Assembly: GCA_964525005.1 (NCBI GenBank)
Contig: CAZGEF010000002.1
Span: 183 to 64,182 of the forward strand
Reading direction: 5' to 3'
DNA length: 64,000 nt
Source: an uncultured Rhabdothermincola sp.
Lineage (GTDB): Bacteria > Actinomycetota > Acidimicrobiia > Acidimicrobiales > Acidimicrobilacustridaceae
The translations under genes were made by a program, and so were the position numbers. Every line of letters starts with the position of its first letter. Within the stretch, counting starts at the first letter, position 1. Below, one piece after another: positions 61,945-64,000 of this stretch. The notes under the pieces are model-generated. The model made no database searches and had not been told where the DNA came from. It saw only the letters and a list, made by a program, of their open reading frames with translations.

Positions 61945-63381
61945 CTAGTTGGCGGCCCGGGCTCCGTTGTCGAAGTCGGTCGTGAGGTCGACGATGTAGT
62001 CCGGGTTGCAGGAGAAGCCCTTGCCCTGCTCGAAGGTGGCCGCGTCGGCATCCTTGGTGGGGAAGACCCGGGCGAAGCCGTCGCCCTGGACCTGCATGAG
62101 GATGAAGCAGGGCGATCCCTTGTTGGCCCCCGGATCCGAGGTGCCCTGGATGCCGCCGCCGTCCCACGCGTGGATGTCGGCGAGCGCGTCGGCGATGTTG
62201 GCGCGGGTGACGTCGGAGCCGAGGCTCTTGACCGCGGTGGACCACAGCAGCATGGCGGACCAACCCTGGAGACCGAGCTGTTCGGGCACCGCGCCCGGCA
62301 CGGCGGCTTCGAGCGCCTGGAGGTAGGTGGCCATGCCCGGGTTGTCGTCGGCCTCGCCGAACGGCCAGGTGGTGAGCTGCACGTAGGTGCCCTCGGCGTT
62401 GCCGTCGGCCTTGGCCGGGTACTGGAGCTGGTAGAAGTTCGTCTCCTGCTGGGTCACCTCAGGACGGAAGTCCTGCTGGGCCATGGCGGCTTGGAGGTTG
62501 ACGATCTCCTCCCAGGAGGACTCGAGGGTCATGAACTCGACGCCCTTTGCCTTCATGTCGATGACGAAGGTGGACCAATTCGCCTCACCGATGGCGGCGA
62601 CGCCGTCGTAGATGAAGTTGAAGCCGAGGGAGGTGTAGGCCTCCTTGACCCGCTTGGCGATGTAGTCGATCGAGGCCACGTCCTGGCGCACCATGCCGGC
62701 CGAGGTGATGACGTGGGGGTAGTGCTCCCTGACCCACTGCGCCGCCCCGGTGAAGAGCTGGTTGGGGGGACCGGGCAGCGGCAGGTAGGTGAGGTCGGCG
62801 CCGGCCTGGATGGAGCTCACCGCGGCAGCCGGGACGTTGGGAAGACCGCAGTCGACCTGGAGCTGGGCGCCCGAGTCGTCGAAGACGGCGATGCCGCCGA
62901 CCATCGACACGGAGTCGCTGCACGCCTGGGTGACCACGCTGCCGTAGTTGAAGAGCTCGGCGTTGCGCATCTCGAGCTTGATCTGGCGGCCGTTGATGCC
63001 GCCCTGGTCGTTGCACCACTTGACGAAGGCCTTGGCCGAGTCGTCGACGCCCTTGTTCAGACCGCCGACCTGGCCGCCGGAGTCGGACACCGACGTGATC
63101 GTGATCGCGTCGTCGGTCACCCCGACATCGGTCGCACCCGACGCATCGCCGTCACCGCACGGCGACTCGATCGTGCCGAACATCCCCTCGGCCGAGCCCT
63201 GAGCGGCCACGGTGGTGCTCGACTGCTCCTCGGCGCCCTCGTCGGGGCTGGAGGAGTTGTCGGTCCGGGAACCGCACGCGACCGCGACGAGCGCGACCAG
63301 CACAGCGATACCGACGACACGAACCTTGACCACGGGTGCTCCTTGCCCGACCGGTTCTGACCGGTCCATCGACTTCGTCAT
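61945..63381 (-). CDS. ABC substrate-binding lipoprotein, Leu/Ile/Val-binding (LivJ/Peripla_BP_6) type
   Basis: Leader VVGIAVLVALVAVACGS (lipobox). The start is ATG 63381 or 63369. Confidence 0.85.
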   Translation of the reverse strand: MTKSMDRSEPVGQGAPVVKVRVVGIAVLVALVAVACGSRTDNSSSPDEGAEEQSSTTVAAQGSAEGMFGTIESPCGDGDASGATDVGVTDDAITITSVSDSGGQVGGLNKGVDDSAKAFVKWCNDQGGINGRQIKLEMRNAELFNYGSVVTQACSDSVSMVGGIAVFDDSGAQLQVDCGLPNVPAAAVSSIQAGADLTYLPLPGPPNQLFTGAAQWVREHYPHVITSAGMVRQDVASIDYIAKRVKEAYTSLGFNFIYDGVAAIGEANWSTFVIDMKAKGVEFMTLESSWEEIVNLQAAMAQQDFRPEVTQQETNFYQLQYPAKADGNAEGTYVQLTTWPFGEADDNPGMATYLQALEAAVPGAVPEQLGLQGWSAMLLWSTAVKSLGSDVTRANIADALADIHAWDGGGIQGTSDPGANKGSPCFILMQVQGDGFARVFPTKDADAATFEQGKGFSCNPDYIVDLTTDFDNGARAAN

Positions 63382-63526
63382 CGACCTTCGACGACCTCGG
63401 ACCTGCGGTGCCGTGACCTCCGACACGCAGAATCTGACGGTGCGTCACCGTAGCAGCTCGGCCCTTCCGTCCTCACCGGCCGAACGCCGATCGGGGTGGG
63501 CCGAGCTGCCCGGATTCCACGAGAGA

Positions 63527-64000
63527 TCAGCCCGACGCCCTGGCCCCGTTGTCGTAGTCCGTGACGAGGTCGACGACGTAGTCGTCGTTGCACGAGAAGC
63601 CCTTGCCGGCCTCGAAGACCGCGGCGTCATCGGCCTCGGTCGGGAACACCCGGACGAACCCGTCGCCCTGGACCTGCATGAGGATGAAGCACGGGGCCGC
63701 CTCGTTCGCAGCGGGGTTCGACGTGCCGTGCAGACCGCCGCCATCCCAGCTGGTGATCTGGTCGAGGGCATCGGCCAGACCGGCACGGGTGAGGTCGGAG
63801 CCGAGAGACTTGGCGGCCGTCGCCCACATCAGCCACGCCGACCAGCCCTGGACACCGAGCATCTCGGGTTCGACATCCCCGTTCGCCTTCTCGAGCGCGT
63901 CGAGGTAGTCAGCCATGGCGGGGTTGTCGGCGACCTCGTCGAACGGCCAGGTCGTGAGCTGCACGTAGGTGCCCTCGGCGTTGCCGTCCGCCTTCGGCGG
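63527..64000 (-). CDS. Second LivJ-type substrate-binding protein, C-terminal part only (continues past the right edge)
   Basis: The C-terminal ~145 aa are roughly 70% identical to the paralogue at 61945-63381 (for example PCFILMQVQGDGF(A/V)RVFPT and GKGFSCN). DNA similarity continues to position 64000. Confidence 0.8.
   Translation of the reverse strand, partial: PPKADGNAEGTYVQLTTWPFDEVADNPAMADYLDALEKANGDVEPEMLGVQGWSAWLMWATAAKSLGSDLTRAGLADALDQITSWDGGGLHGTSNPAANEAAPCFILMQVQGDGFVRVFPTEADDAAVFEAGKGFSCNDDYVVDLVTDYDNGARASG

Noticed and set aside
1-64000. tRNA, rRNA, tmRNA and RNase P genes
   Set aside because: I scanned the intergenic gaps, all 210 bp or shorter except 57512-57993. None shows cloverleaf-compatible arms or T-loop (GTTCGAATC-like) motifs, and there are no rRNA-like conserved stretches.

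Overview
This is a very G+C-rich Actinomycetota-type chromosomal segment. That placement rests on the bL37 micro-ORF, an MptB-like GT-C mannosyltransferase and a DUF222-HNH 'REP13E12-like' element. It is densely packed with about 55 protein genes. I found no rRNA, tRNA or CRISPR array.

Most of the window is housekeeping or metabolic:
- GH3 beta-glucosidase
- TetR plus MFS exporter
- rsmI, ychF, queF
- prolyl oligopeptidase, pepN, gnd
- adenosine-kinase-like PfkB
- a lipid cluster (esterase, WS/DGAT, acyl-CoA synthetase, aldehyde dehydrogenase)
- a Liv-type ABC importer
- a PAS-GGDEF-EAL protein
- a PAS histidine kinase with two response regulators

Many neighbouring genes overlap by 4 nt (ATGA or GTGA at 1329, 2992, 7589, 13247, 26646, 29363, 33530, 59148). 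This helped fix start codons and operon structure.

The only accessory-looking stretch is about 28.8-34.9 kb. It holds a compositionally atypical ECF sigma/anti-sigma pair and a full-length DUF222-HNH element. A PrsW protease cassette follows, then a ~0.5-kb internally deleted copy of the same element. The two copies share both ends and a ~107-nt terminal repeat that contains the stop-codon region of the adjacent kinase gene. I consider this the best candidate for undescribed biology here.

Other items worth a second look:
- an ECF-sigma-headed operon encoding a secreted beta/gamma-crystallin-like protein translationally coupled to a carrier-protein::GNAT fusion
- an acyltransferase-3::beta-lactamase-fold fusion
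- an unlisted 26-codon bL37-like ORF
- a perfect 23-bp tandem duplication exactly at a kinase/regulator gene junction
- 18-bp x4 repeats across the start codon of a J-domain/C2H2/TM protein
- 15-bp x6 intergenic repeats
- a KstR-type operator match upstream of the acyl-CoA synthetase

All family calls come from motifs read by eye. No database search was run.
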